Source: a virus (Duplodnaviria > Heunggongvirae > Uroviricota > Caudoviricetes). Taken from it: DNA of 64,000 bases. Shown in pieces: positions 9,499 through 18,822 of the stretch. Position 1 is the first letter of the stretch. Every line of letters begins with the position of its first letter. The notes under the pieces were generated by a model. The model was given only the letters and a program-made list of their open reading frames with translations. It ran no database searches and had not been told where the DNA came from. The stretch spans positions 37,772 through 101,771 of IMG/VR virus record IMGVR_UViG_3300026533_000003. One strand, 5' to 3'. A program made the position numbers and the translations under genes.

Positions 9499-9927
9499 TT
9501 ATTGCTCCTTTTCTTTATATGGTCTGATAAAAACTTCCATACGAGGGTTGTCTTTATCGTGCTCACCTACGTAGTAGGCTTCTTTTTTACAGTACTGGAC
9601 ATTATCATTTTTAACTAGTCCATATTTCTCGAATGCATCGTTAGCAAACTTTGAGGATACTGCACATACATTGCCGAGGTCAGAGGTTTTATTCTTGTAG
9701 TAGTACACGAAGGCTAGTTCGTAATCTCCTGTTATCTTGGTGGCACCTTGTGCTTTAAGTTCTGTAAGGATGAAGTTGGTGTACCAGGTTTTAACTTCGT
9801 TTTTAATGAAGTAGTGCCCGGTGTTGTACCAGTTCATCCCTACTAAGAATTTCTTGTCTTTCTTGGTTTTGAATGTTTGAGTGTAGTAGACTGGTAGAGT
9901 TATATGGACGTGGGTCTCAGCAGCCAT
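9499..9927 (-). CDS. RusA-like Holliday-junction resolvase (putative)
   Basis: 142 aa; 'TSDLGNV' and 'KNDNVQY' resemble the RusA acidic catalytic motifs. Confidence 0.35.
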   Translation of the reverse strand: MAAETHVHITLPVYYTQTFKTKKDKKFLVGMNWYNTGHYFIKNEVKTWYTNFILTELKAQGATKITGDYELAFVYYYKNKTSDLGNVCAVSSKFANDAFEKYGLVKNDNVQYCKKEAYYVGEHDKDNPRMEVFIRPYKEKEQ

Positions 9928-10051
9928 TTAACGTACCTCTACGACGTAGTAATTGTAGTAGTGACTCATTGCATTAGATGCGTATTCCCAGGCCGTATAG
10001 AGGCTAGGAGAGTTAATTGTAGCTATTATAACATGAGTAAAGTCTAGGATA

Positions 10052-10276
10052 TTATACATCGGCTAGTTTGGTAATCTTCATTAGTAGAGAGTCTACTTGA
10101 AAGTACCTGCCATCTCCTATGCTGTTGTTATTAGCGCCAGGGTATTTATCTTCAGTTGATTTAACTAGTAGCATCGATCCGTAGTCTGCAACAACTATAC
10201 CTGGGTGGCCTGCGTGTATAGACTTACCAAAAGGTAGTATTGAAGCACCTAGTAGTTGGACGGGTTGCTTTGGCAT
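10052..10276 (-). CDS. hypothetical protein
   Basis: 74-aa ORF, co-oriented. Confidence 0.25.
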   Translation of the reverse strand: MPKQPVQLLGASILPFGKSIHAGHPGIVVADYGSMLLVKSTEDKYPGANNNSIGDGRYFQVDSLLMKITKLADV

Positions 10277-10285
10277 TATGACTCC

Positions 10286-11182
10286 TTATATTGCAGAGAA
10301 TAGTGATGATTTCACTAGGTCTCTTGATTTTGGTACATCTAGGAAGGCGTTTATAGCATACATGAGATCCATTATATACTCACGGCTTGCTCCTAGACGT
10401 TTAGCTTTCTCTATTGCTGCCATTGAGGTTTTCCATCGGTCACCCTCTTGGGCGTCATATGCAAATGAGAAGGTTGAGTAGGGGGATGCTAAGGCTTTTG
10501 CTGCCTCGGTAGGATTGATATCCATTGCCTCGTACTCAGCTTCCTTAGCAGCTACTTTAGCTTTGGCTATTGAGAGAGCTGATGTAGTATCAATTTTGAT
10601 ACCGTTAGTCTTAGATAAGGTTGTTCTACCTTCGTACCCAAATATTACTTGGGACATAGCTAGACGGTCTATCTTTCCCATACCAAGGGTTGTTGCAACT
10701 TCTTGTAGGTAGTACTTCCATTCATCTCTTGTTATTACCATAGGCCTATCAAGTTCTACAATTACTCTGTATTTGTATTGCTTAGATGGGTCAGAGGTTC
10801 TAGCGATATGGTGGTTTACGTTACCTAGTATTATATGCATTTCTTTATCTGATAAGATAGTTACATCTACATCGAACCATAGCCAGGTACAGCCTCCTAC
10901 TATATTGTTTACTCCCCTGATGCGGCCGGTTGCTGCTGGGTGCTTTACTTTATTGTAGGTAGCTTCTGACTCTAGTGCGAACTTGAAGTTGGAAAACCCT
11001 ACATCGTGCGTTAATAGATTACCAAGGTCCTCAAAAGTTACTTCGTGGTATTCGAAACCAGTTACACAGTTGAATGCTACGTTACCTTTCAGCTTTGCTA
11101 TACGGTCGGGGTGAGCGTTATTGGCTATTGCAGCCTGGATTGCTGTATTGTCTACGTGCTTTAGTGATGTGCCGTGTAACAT
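10286..11182 (-). CDS. putative primase-polymerase (AEP-like) domain protein
   Basis: 'WLWFDVDV' has the hhhDhD pattern, followed by an 'NHH' motif. Weak. Confidence 0.3.
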   Translation of the reverse strand: MLHGTSLKHVDNTAIQAAIANNAHPDRIAKLKGNVAFNCVTGFEYHEVTFEDLGNLLTHDVGFSNFKFALESEATYNKVKHPAATGRIRGVNNIVGGCTWLWFDVDVTILSDKEMHIILGNVNHHIARTSDPSKQYKYRVIVELDRPMVITRDEWKYYLQEVATTLGMGKIDRLAMSQVIFGYEGRTTLSKTNGIKIDTTSALSIAKAKVAAKEAEYEAMDINPTEAAKALASPYSTFSFAYDAQEGDRWKTSMAAIEKAKRLGASREYIMDLMYAINAFLDVPKSRDLVKSSLFSAI

Positions 11183-11268
11183 GATTTCTCCTTATTCGGT
11201 TAGTAGTACTATACCGGTGGATATGAAGACACCACACAGTATTAATATAACAGTAATTTCTATAGGGC

Positions 11269-12666
11269 TCATGCTAGCTCATCATCGTAGGTTAACTCTT
11301 CCACGGCTTCCTGGAAGTGTATATACTTACCACTTACTGTATAGGTAGAGTCGTCAGCACTGGATGCAAGGTCTGCTAGTTCCGTGAGTCTTTTCTCAGA
11401 TCCCTGACCTGTAATGAATCCTAGTTTACGTAGTTGATGAAGGCTTATTGAGTGGAACCCTCCTTCTGCGTGCTTGTGCATGTACTTGATGAATAGCTCA
11501 TAAGGCTCTTTATCTAGTTCTATTTCAAAGGCTTCAAGGTCTGGGCAGTACATCTCAGAGAAACGTATTGCTTGTATGAAGTGATGCTTCTCTATCGTTA
11601 AGTCTCCCATTAGTATTGCTAAAGCGCCTGATAGTTTTAACGTCTTCCATTGGAGGTGGCGTCGGTGCAGTTTATGCATTGGATGCTTTTGGGAGATAGT
11701 TTGTGCTAACCACTTGTTGTAGTTATTGTAGTTACTGAATAAGTCCTTGACTTCCTTAGAAGCCTTTAATGGAGCAGGGACCGTAGAATCTACTAGTGCT
11801 GTGAACCACGGAGTGTAGTCTGCCCTGGCTGCTTTAACGTTCTTCTCTTCTTGCCTATCATGCTCTAGTGATAGTTCAATAGAGCTGAATCGTAATAATT
11901 CTGGCTCCTCGTCTACAAAGGAGAAGAAAGACCTACGAGATAACTTAGTAGAGAACTCTTCCTTGAACTTGCGCTTTACTTTCTCATCTTCTATAATATT
12001 GGTAGGTGATCCAAACATTAATGCTGAGTAGGGAAGGTTCTCAATAGGGTCTACCTGGTTGGCATCATCTTTAACTATCTTAGCTGGGATCTCCCCAGAG
12101 TCGTAGCCGATTGCTAAGGCTACAATATTTTCAGATAGGTCAGCATTAGATACTAACTCAGATCCTATCTCATCTACATACATGTATCCTGCACCTAAGT
12201 TACCTGCTTCTAGTGCTGCTAGGTGCTTCATAGTTCCTGGTAAGGTAGATACAGCTGCTTTTAGATTGCGAGGCTTAGAATGGTACTTACGCCAGTCCCT
12301 CTCTTGCTTCCCATCGTTTACAGCTTCTTGAATGGCGAGGGCTTTGGCGTGTATTTCTCTATATTCGTTTATCTTCTTATAGCCTTTGGATAGGACTGAA
12401 GATACACTCTTAATTGATACGCCTTTACCTTCACCAGATCCACCTATTAGGAATGAGATCAGGTTTACAGGTATCTTATCTTCTTTCCATAGGATAGGCT
12501 TACGGAGGTGGCTTGCAAATACTACTAGTTCAGTTGCTGCTAGAAGTACTTTCATCTTTTTAGGGATGTTACCTGGTATTACTTTAGAGACATCTTCTAG
12601 GATTTGTGGGTACTCTTGCTTGAAGCACCCTTCTTTTTCTAGGGATTGTCTATACATTTCTAGCAT
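11269..12666 (-). CDS. P-loop NTPase, replicative helicase-like (putative)
   Basis: Walker-A-like 'GGSGEGKG' and Walker-B-like 'GYMYVDEIG'; 465 aa, in the replication block. Confidence 0.35.
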   Translation of the reverse strand: MLEMYRQSLEKEGCFKQEYPQILEDVSKVIPGNIPKKMKVLLAATELVVFASHLRKPILWKEDKIPVNLISFLIGGSGEGKGVSIKSVSSVLSKGYKKINEYREIHAKALAIQEAVNDGKQERDWRKYHSKPRNLKAAVSTLPGTMKHLAALEAGNLGAGYMYVDEIGSELVSNADLSENIVALAIGYDSGEIPAKIVKDDANQVDPIENLPYSALMFGSPTNIIEDEKVKRKFKEEFSTKLSRRSFFSFVDEEPELLRFSSIELSLEHDRQEEKNVKAARADYTPWFTALVDSTVPAPLKASKEVKDLFSNYNNYNKWLAQTISQKHPMHKLHRRHLQWKTLKLSGALAILMGDLTIEKHHFIQAIRFSEMYCPDLEAFEIELDKEPYELFIKYMHKHAEGGFHSISLHQLRKLGFITGQGSEKRLTELADLASSADDSTYTVSGKYIHFQEAVEELTYDDELA

Positions 12667-12892
12667 TGGACTCCTTTTGGTTATACCAGTTAAAGGCTCG
12701 TCTTACTACGTAGCCCCTTACTAGGGAGACTAAAGTAAAGACTGCCGCTATTGTTATGTTCTCTGTTGGGGCTAGTACTATGTGCCAGTAGGAGAATACT
12801 ATCGGCTGTACTACTAGGATACTTAATAGTAGGCCTAGTGCTAGGTTGGTAGAGGTCTCTATTAAGGACATCCTCTTAGATTGACTAGCCAT
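12650..12892 (-). CDS. small membrane protein
   Basis: Two predicted TM helices; 80 aa. Confidence 0.3.
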   Translation of the reverse strand: MASQSKRMSLIETSTNLALGLLLSILVVQPIVFSYWHIVLAPTENITIAAVFTLVSLVRGYVVRRAFNWYNQKESNARNV

Positions 12893-13841
12893 TAACTACT
12901 GGTGCTAGAAGGGATGCTCTCTCAGATTTAGATATCACACTTTTACGTTCACGAGAGTATGAGTTACAGTCGTTACAGCGGTATCGTTTAAATTGAGATA
13001 CGTTAGTAACGGAGTAACCGTCTGGCGATAGCGAAGTTGATCCACAAGTTGTACAGCGGTGAGACAGTGAGCCTGAAGTAGTTACTACTGAGGGGTGAGA
13101 TTTATCCCAACCACGTAGCTTTAAGTATAGCTCTTCCGTTACTAGAACGTCTTGGATGTTATAGTGCTTCATCTCTGCCCAAGCTTCCTCGTTGCCAGCC
13201 ATACATTCTTTCCATAGCTCGAAGCCATTGAATTTCTTATGGGCTGACTTTTGTGAGGTACATAGTGCACCAGTTAGGTACTCTAGGGTGTTGCGCTCGA
13301 ATGAGAAATACTTCTTAGCTATTAGCATAGTATCTACTACACGGTACGGAGATGGAGGAGTTAGCCCATTTAAGATGGCATAGGCGTTAATCTTTTTCAT
13401 ATCAAACTTAGCTGCGTTATGGCCTACTACTATATCGGCTTCGTCTACTAGCTCCATTATTTCCGCTGTTATTTTAGAGTCGTCCCCTGTTCTAGTTTCG
13501 AAGTAGAAGATTTCATCTGAGTGCAGCCACTTTGCAGCCACAGTCATCATGTATGAACGGTCACCTTCTAGGCGCATCGGTTGGCCTATGTTTTGCTGCC
13601 AAAGTCCCCAGTGGTATGACATCATTGGAGCATTTTCTATATCTAAAGTAAGGATTTTTAAAGTGTCTCCTTGTGATGCGCTTTGCACTTGCTTCTTTGA
13701 TAGCCTAGCACCTAGTGCTTGCTTTGACACTTTGTAGTGCTTAGCTATTGATGCTTTAGTCTCTCCGTTTTCTATACGAGCTACTATTGAGGTCCAATTA
13801 TCGTTTAGGATCTTTGTAGTTTTTTTATGTGTTTTTGCCAT
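12885..13841 (-). CDS. DEDDh 3'-5' exonuclease (DnaQ/RNase T-like) with N-terminal HTH and C-terminal Cys cluster
   Basis: Exo I 'ILTLDIENAP', Exo II 'VVGHNAAKFD', Exo III 'HYNIQDV'; HTH 'ASIAKHYKVSKQAL'; C-terminal CxxC..CxxC. Confidence 0.6.
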   Translation of the reverse strand: MAKTHKKTTKILNDNWTSIVARIENGETKASIAKHYKVSKQALGARLSKKQVQSASQGDTLKILTLDIENAPMMSYHWGLWQQNIGQPMRLEGDRSYMMTVAAKWLHSDEIFYFETRTGDDSKITAEIMELVDEADIVVGHNAAKFDMKKINAYAILNGLTPPSPYRVVDTMLIAKKYFSFERNTLEYLTGALCTSQKSAHKKFNGFELWKECMAGNEEAWAEMKHYNIQDVLVTEELYLKLRGWDKSHPSVVTTSGSLSHRCTTCGSTSLSPDGYSVTNVSQFKRYRCNDCNSYSRERKSVISKSERASLLAPVVNG

Positions 13842-14043
13842 TAAGGCTCCTTAGTCTAATTTGGGTTCTATTGAGCCCACAGTGGAGTAAGGGTGGTCCA
13901 AGGCGTTTAACGTCTGCCAAGGAATGACGCCTCAAAGGTTTAAGTCGTTTAATAGGTATCACCTAATGTGAGGTCTCGACTGGTTGGGCTTACGTCTCGG
14001 TTAGGATGGCTGCCAGGGGTTTACAAGGTTACTTGTTAGCAGC

Positions 14044-14211
14044 GAACATTGCTAGTATGTATATACCTACTAGACCTAGTCCTATTGCTAACCCGCCATA
14101 TAGTGGCAGTAGTACTAACCACCACGACCATGCTATTACTTCAGCTAGTTTTAGTCCTATAAATAGGATTGCCAGTAACGGTAAGAATATTTGCATATTT
14201 CTCCTTTATTT
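14044..14211 (-). CDS. small membrane protein (hand-called, ~55 aa)
   Basis: MQIFLPLLAILFIGLKLAEVIAWSWWLVLLPLYGG...; co-oriented, and more plausible than the antisense tracked ORF 14006..14215. Confidence 0.2.
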
Positions 14212-14224
14212 TTAAGATGCAGTG

Positions 14225-14467
14225 CTACCAGCTACTACAATGGGCCCGATCGGGAGGTGGAGGAGGCATTACTGACTGTGCGAGTAGTTGCTGCATTCTT
14301 CTATACCTGTCAGCGTCCCCTTCCCTGTCGAACTCATCTGTGTAAGGTACGAAAGTAGAGGTCTTACGGAATATGAAATAGTAGATCCAGCCTCCCGGTA
14401 CTCTAGTTACCTCTACCCCATTAGGCAGAGTTGTGGTTTGGTTCTCTTTAAGTTGATGGATTGTCAT
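14225..14467 (-). CDS. hypothetical protein
   Basis: 80-aa ORF. Confidence 0.25.
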   Translation of the reverse strand: MTIHQLKENQTTTLPNGVEVTRVPGGWIYYFIFRKTSTFVPYTDEFDREGDADRYRRMQQLLAQSVMPPPPPDRAHCSSW

Positions 14468-14702
14468 CTTTGGTTGCTCCTCTTATTAGGAAAGCTAGTT
14501 CCTCATAGGTTTCTTTTATAGGCAGTACCTCTATTTCTAGATCTTCTTGGTACTTGTTATCGGGCTGGTAATGCTGCATATACAGCTTAAGGCCTTTTAC
14601 GTGGAGGCTGCACCTGGTATCATCTTTTACTATAGTGGTTACAGAGTTAGTAGGTATTAGCATCTTATCCCCGTACGTATGGGTTACTTCAAGCCACTTC
14701 AT
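14448..14702 (-). CDS. hypothetical protein
   Basis: 84-aa ORF. Confidence 0.25.
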   Translation of the reverse strand: MKWLEVTHTYGDKMLIPTNSVTTIVKDDTRCSLHVKGLKLYMQHYQPDNKYQEDLEIEVLPIKETYEELAFLIRGATKDDNPST

Positions 14703-15088
14703 AGTAGATTTCCTTGAAGGTATCTTTGTATATAAGAGCTGATAGTTTCATGTGGTAGGGGATTGCGGGTGATGCCATGAAGGCATAATATTTATTTGTG
14801 TTACAGTGGCCTTTCTCCGCAGGCATTGGCGGTAGCTTTATAAGGTCTTCTAGGGAAAGTACTGTTAAGTTTGCATTTATACTGTTATATAGACTTACGG
14901 TTCCTGGTAAATTTTCTCGGTAGAGTGCTGTGTAGGTAGTTATAGCAAATATAAAATTCTCTAGGTTGTTTACTCCGTAGCTAATTATTTTAGCCCTTTT
15001 ATTACTGCTTGCTTTTCTTTCTTAGTTGAGGCTCTTTGTAGCTCTTCCAGTCTTATTGGAAGGGTGAATGAGTTTAATGGCTCTCGCA

Positions 15089-15358
15089 TTAGATACCTCC
15101 TTGTAGTTTTAATAGGAACTTTACAGCGTTGTAATCTTCTGAGACTAGTATCTCTGTTTTAGCTATTACCATTTCTGACTGAGTTGGCTCACTAGCAGGA
15201 GTGTATGGTCTATGGGCTGCAGGAGTACTTGTAGTTATTCTGGTTGTTAATTCATGCCCATCTCTTATCCTCTTTCTATAAGCGTCTACTTGTAGGATGG
15301 TTGATACGAGGATTAGTACTTTAGTATCGTCAAAATGTCTTGTCAGTTCTATGAACAT
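15089..15358 (-). CDS. hypothetical protein
   Basis: 89-aa ORF. Confidence 0.25.
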   Translation of the reverse strand: MFIELTRHFDDTKVLILVSTILQVDAYRKRIRDGHELTTRITTSTPAAHRPYTPASEPTQSEMVIAKTEILVSEDYNAVKFLLKLQGGI

Positions 15359-15371
15359 TGTGGTTCCTTTA

Positions 15372-16166
15372 TTAGTGACAGTCTTGCCAGCTGTTACCTA
15401 CTAGGACTTCTCCAGTGTAGGTACACTTCATTCCCAAGTAGTCAGAGACTTTCTTATAGGTGGATTGAAGGGTGTCGGCTAAGACTTGTTGGTGTTTGAT
15501 TTTTATTATTAGATCCACTTCGTCGTAGATACATGCTTGTTGGATGTAGTCTTTGCCGTGAGGGAATCCTCTACGGGCCATTTCTTCTTGGTAGAATACT
15601 AGGTAGTGCTTCATTGCTTCAGCACCCATTCCTTGGAGTTGGGAGTTAAGGGTAGCATGAGCGTGACGTACAGGTACCCTGCGGCCTCCAAACATCGTTA
15701 CGTACCCGTTTGCCTTGCCTTCCTTAGAGATGTCCGTGATGAGCTCCTTAAGGCCTTCTGTTGAGGAGATTAGGTCTGCTTGTACTTTGGCACCAAATAG
15801 TGCTTGGCGTATTAGGTGGTCTGTGAATGGTACTAGGGCGTCTTTCTTGATGGGGTAGAACTCTTTGCCATCCATTTTTGTTACACGACGGTAAAGCTTC
15901 TTCTTCATTGCGTCGAATTGCTTGCCTGTGTAGTCTGTAAACGGTTTATTACCGAGGAGAGTGTATCCTGTAAGAGTTGGTGAAGAGCCGTAGAGGAACC
16001 CAAACCAGAGCGGTTTTGCATCCCCTCTAGAGATTCCACAAGCTTTGGCGTTAAGGGAGTGAAGGTCTGTCCCGTTAGCTTTGCTGCCAGATGCGATAAT
16101 GTCGTTAAGTCTTCCACCATCATAGGGGTAGAGCATTTCGGCGAGGTTAACGTTTTCTTGTCCAGT
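15372..16166 (-). CDS. DNA polymerase (family A, T7-like) polymerase domain, 3' exon / C-terminal segment
   Basis: Motif B 'RGDAKPLWFGFLYG' and motif C 'ACIYDEVDL'. The in-frame stop-free extension upstream of the tracked ATG encodes 'TGQENVNLAEML', which aligns to T7 'ASGLELRCLAHFM' (motif A helix). Confidence 0.8.
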   Translation of the reverse strand, partial: TGQENVNLAEMLYPYDGGRLNDIIASGSKANGTDLHSLNAKACGISRGDAKPLWFGFLYGSSPTLTGYTLLGNKPFTDYTGKQFDAMKKKLYRRVTKMDGKEFYPIKKDALVPFTDHLIRQALFGAKVQADLISSTEGLKELITDISKEGKANGYVTMFGGRRVPVRHAHATLNSQLQGMGAEAMKHYLVFYQEEMARRGFPHGKDYIQQACIYDEVDLIIKIKHQQVLADTLQSTYKKVSDYLGMKCTYTGEVLVGNSWQDCH

Positions 16167-17042
16167 CAGGAGAAGTCAGTACCGACAAAGACCCATTGTT
16201 CTTTGGTAGTATGACTTCTTAAATCCTCCTTGATTGTACTAGATAAAAGAGGGTTAGCTAGTAATTGGTTGTATTCTTGTTCTGTGAGTTTCATGTAGTT
16301 CCTTTACTCGTTTGATTACCTGGGCTGTACAGTCTTTTGTTCGTAGCTCTGTATCACCTCCGTGGGTAAGTACAGCAGGGCCTTTATATAGTAGGTCCTT
16401 AGTATCTTGCAATAGTAGACGCTCCAGGTCGAAAGCGTCTTCACCATGTAGGCAGTGCACTTCTAGCAGTATTGCTATTGTGTTGCCATCTTTAGTATCT
16501 TTGGCGTACCTTTCCCTTACCGTCTTCTTAGTTATGCCTATTTTGAACAGCGAATTATTTACTAGTACTAGGTAAAGTATTGCGGGTGCTCCCACGTACT
16601 TAGTGCGGCCCCATCCTTTTTTAGTGTTAGCACACTCAGGACATCCCTTACCTCGTAAGTGATTGTTAGGGGATATTAGGAAGTCACCATGAGATTTACA
16701 GGTCACTTTAGACTTTTCACAGGACTTGGTGAAGACAGTAGATTCGTAGGTGTAGAGATTCATGTGTGTAGCGCTAGCACGCAGGATGTATTCCGCTTCA
16801 CTTGTAATAGGAGAGGGCTTGCATGTAGGGCAGTGCCCAGCTCTTAGATGATTCTTCGGAGTAGTGGTAAAGTCTCCGTGTGTTGGGCATGTGACTGTAA
16901 TCTCGTTACCCCTACCTGTGTAGTTAACCTTAGCGTACGTATACTCACCATTATGGAAATCCGTTGCTCTCTCTGCGAAGTTGTCTTTGTTTAATTTCAT
17001 ACAGTATTATACAGCCAGCATACTTAAAGCTTGCTTATACAG
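16167..17042 (-). mobile_element. intervening sequence (putative group I intron) in the DNA polymerase gene, carrying a homing-endonuclease ORF
   Basis: The polymerase sequence resumes in frame on the far side. The proposed 5' exon ends in U (…GAU AGU) and the insertion ends in G (…CUCCUG). Boundaries are inferred by alignment to T7 gp5, not verified. Confidence 0.45.
16254..17000 (-). CDS. homing endonuclease, GIY-YIG-like (T5orf172-type) with duplicated N-terminal Zn-finger modules
   Basis: Two repeats 'TCPTHGDF..NHLRAGHCPTC' and 'TCKSHGDF..NHLRGKGCPEC'. C-terminal 'AILYLVLVNNSLFKIGITKKTVRERY' fits the GIY..YIG pattern. It sits exactly between the two polymerase segments. Confidence 0.6.
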   Translation of the reverse strand: MKLNKDNFAERATDFHNGEYTYAKVNYTGRGNEITVTCPTHGDFTTTPKNHLRAGHCPTCKPSPITSEAEYILRASATHMNLYTYESTVFTKSCEKSKVTCKSHGDFLISPNNHLRGKGCPECANTKKGWGRTKYVGAPAILYLVLVNNSLFKIGITKKTVRERYAKDTKDGNTIAILLEVHCLHGEDAFDLERLLLQDTKDLLYKGPAVLTHGGDTELRTKDCTAQVIKRVKELHETHRTRIQPITS

Positions 17043-17570
17043 ACTATCTGGGACGTAGTAGTAACAGGGAGCTGAGAATAGTTCTCTAAACTCTTTTTGG
17101 GCTGGTATTTGTGCAAGGTTTGGGCTTGAGCTTGTAAATCTTCCTGTAACTGTACCGCACGTATCAACTCTTCCGTGGATACACCTGGTAGCTTCATTGT
17201 AGTGGTTGATAAGTGATCCATCTGCCCCTCCTATTTGGGATTGGTCTTTGGTTACTTTTAGGTATCGCCTAAGCATCTGACCTGAGGGATGGGTCATATT
17301 CTCTAGAGAGTCTACATCTACCTTTACTCCTCCCTTTGGGGTGAAGTATGGGAATTGGTACCCTAGGTCGTGCTTCATCCATAGCTTTATATGAGCACGA
17401 GAACCAGGGTTGAAGGCTTCGTACTTAATGTTTTGGTAGGTACCTTCACGGTGTACCATTACTGTTCGCATTGGTTGGTCAAACCATTTGTAGTTGCTTG
17501 CTGCCGGCATACGGAACTTACCGTTTTTAAGTATCTTAGACCCCGGGATTGTGTAAGGCTTTAGTAGCAT
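17043..17570 (-). CDS. DNA polymerase (family A) polymerase domain, 5' exon / N-terminal segment
   Basis: 'KYEAFNPGSRAHIK' aligns to T7 'FNPSSRDHIQ'; 'GTVTGRFTSSSPNLAQIP' aligns to T7 'GAVTGRATHAFPNLAQIP'. The tracked ORF runs on to 17007 ('DSLYKQALSMLAV*'), which is interpreted as readthrough into the intron. Confidence 0.75.
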
Positions 17571-17844
17571 CTTTGCTCCTATTTATGTGATAGTTGGCCG
17601 CACTTTTCTTGTTGCTAAGGCTGTGCTTTGTTGCGTGTGTTAGTGTGGGTCTAATCTCTAGAGACATTACCTCTGAGATAAGGTCTATATAGAATAGGTT
17701 GATGTAAGACTTCTCTAGTGGGGGCTTACCCGTTGCTTCTCTTAGCATTTTTAGTTCAAGGGATAGTACTAGGCTCTCTGCCTCTGCGATAGAGGTGAGG
17801 GCTTTGATTTCTTGTAGGTAGATTGCTTTGTTAAAGGCATTCAC
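17536..17844 (-). CDS. small protein, MNDF/MNAF-N-terminus paralog family
   Basis: N-terminus 'MNAFNKAIYLQEIKAL' is shared with at least six other small ORFs in this window. Confidence 0.4.
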   Translation of the reverse strand: MNAFNKAIYLQEIKALTSIAEAESLVLSLELKMLREATGKPPLEKSYINLFYIDLISEVMSLEIRPTLTHATKHSLSNKKSAANYHINRSKDATKALHNPGV

Positions 17845-18625
17845 TTAATACCCTTTTGGTACGAGTCTCTACTGCGGTTAGTAGATCTTTTACTTGCTCT
17901 AATTGCTTGAATAGTGGTATCTCTAGTAAGGACTTGTCTTTTACTGTTGCTGCGTATTCGTAGCAGTTGTCGAGGATATCTTCTATTATAGTGTAGTGAA
18001 TCTTCTCTGGCATGTGGAGCTTTAAATACTCTATCTCTAAGACCTGTCGTGGCTGAGTTATTCCTGTAACTTTAGCGCTTTCATCTACTTCATCAGCACC
18101 TCTTAAGTAAGGTATTAAACCATTACCGTCCATTAGAGCGTTAATGTTTGCAAATCCTGCCGACTGCCTTAGCATATATCTCATTTTAAAGGGGTTAGTA
18201 TCCTCTCCGAATGATATTGCTAAGTTACGGATACTGTCTACTTGTAATGTTGAAGGGGCTAGTGTTGTGCAGAACTCAAATACATCTAGGTACTCTTCGC
18301 GGGTGGTTGTCTTATCAGCCATCATATGTGTCAGTAAGGTCTTGTGGTAACTTGTGATTTTAGTAGTAACCTCTCGTATAGGAGGTACAATGGATCTCCA
18401 CTCTGTGATGAGTCTGCTTACACACTTATAGATGTACTTACCTCCCATTATACCCTCCTTTTTATATGTAGATGGTAACAAGTTAGTATATTTACGTATT
18501 AGTTCATTCTGCTTCTTGGCTGTTTTGCAAGTAGCTATCTCTTCAATATCTATTTTGTATTGAAATGCATTCATTCGTCTAGTCTCCATATATTGTCTGG
18601 ACCGCATGAGAAGTATTCGTTCCAT
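17831..18625 (-). CDS. protein of the MNDF/MNAF family (longer member; likely starts at internal 'MNAFQYKIDIEEIA')
   Basis: Internal Met followed by the family N-terminal motif. No polymerase motifs detected. Confidence 0.35.
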   Translation of the reverse strand: MERILLMRSRQYMETRRMNAFQYKIDIEEIATCKTAKKQNELIRKYTNLLPSTYKKEGIMGGKYIYKCVSRLITEWRSIVPPIREVTTKITSYHKTLLTHMMADKTTTREEYLDVFEFCTTLAPSTLQVDSIRNLAISFGEDTNPFKMRYMLRQSAGFANINALMDGNGLIPYLRGADEVDESAKVTGITQPRQVLEIEYLKLHMPEKIHYTIIEDILDNCYEYAATVKDKSLLEIPLFKQLEQVKDLLTAVETRTKRVLSECL

Positions 18626-18813
18626 TTCATTGACGCGCGAAACTTACCTGTCATTCTCTTTGCGGCTTTCCTTTTGGCTAGCATGTATTCTGCTGCTTGC
18701 ATATCTATGCTATTATTTAGTATATATTTAGCTACTGCCACCGACTCTAGTAGATCTAGTTTTCTAGTGGATTTTAGAAGTGGTTGTATTGTTGCTATTT
18801 CAAAGTCATTCAT
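18571..18813 (-). CDS. small protein, MNDF family
   Basis: N-terminus 'MNDFEIATIQPLL'. Confidence 0.35.
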   Translation of the reverse strand: MNDFEIATIQPLLKSTRKLDLLESVAVAKYILNNSIDMQAAEYMLAKRKAAKRMTGKFRASMKWNEYFSCGPDNIWRLDE

Positions 18814-18822
18814 TAGTGGTCC

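Noticed and set aside
17536-18625. ORFs 17831..18625 and 17536..17844 as N-terminal parts of the DNA polymerase.
   Set aside because: They carry no polymerase motifs and start with the MNDF-family N-terminus. The polymerase domain begins at 17570, at a point equivalent to about residue 250 of T7 gp5.
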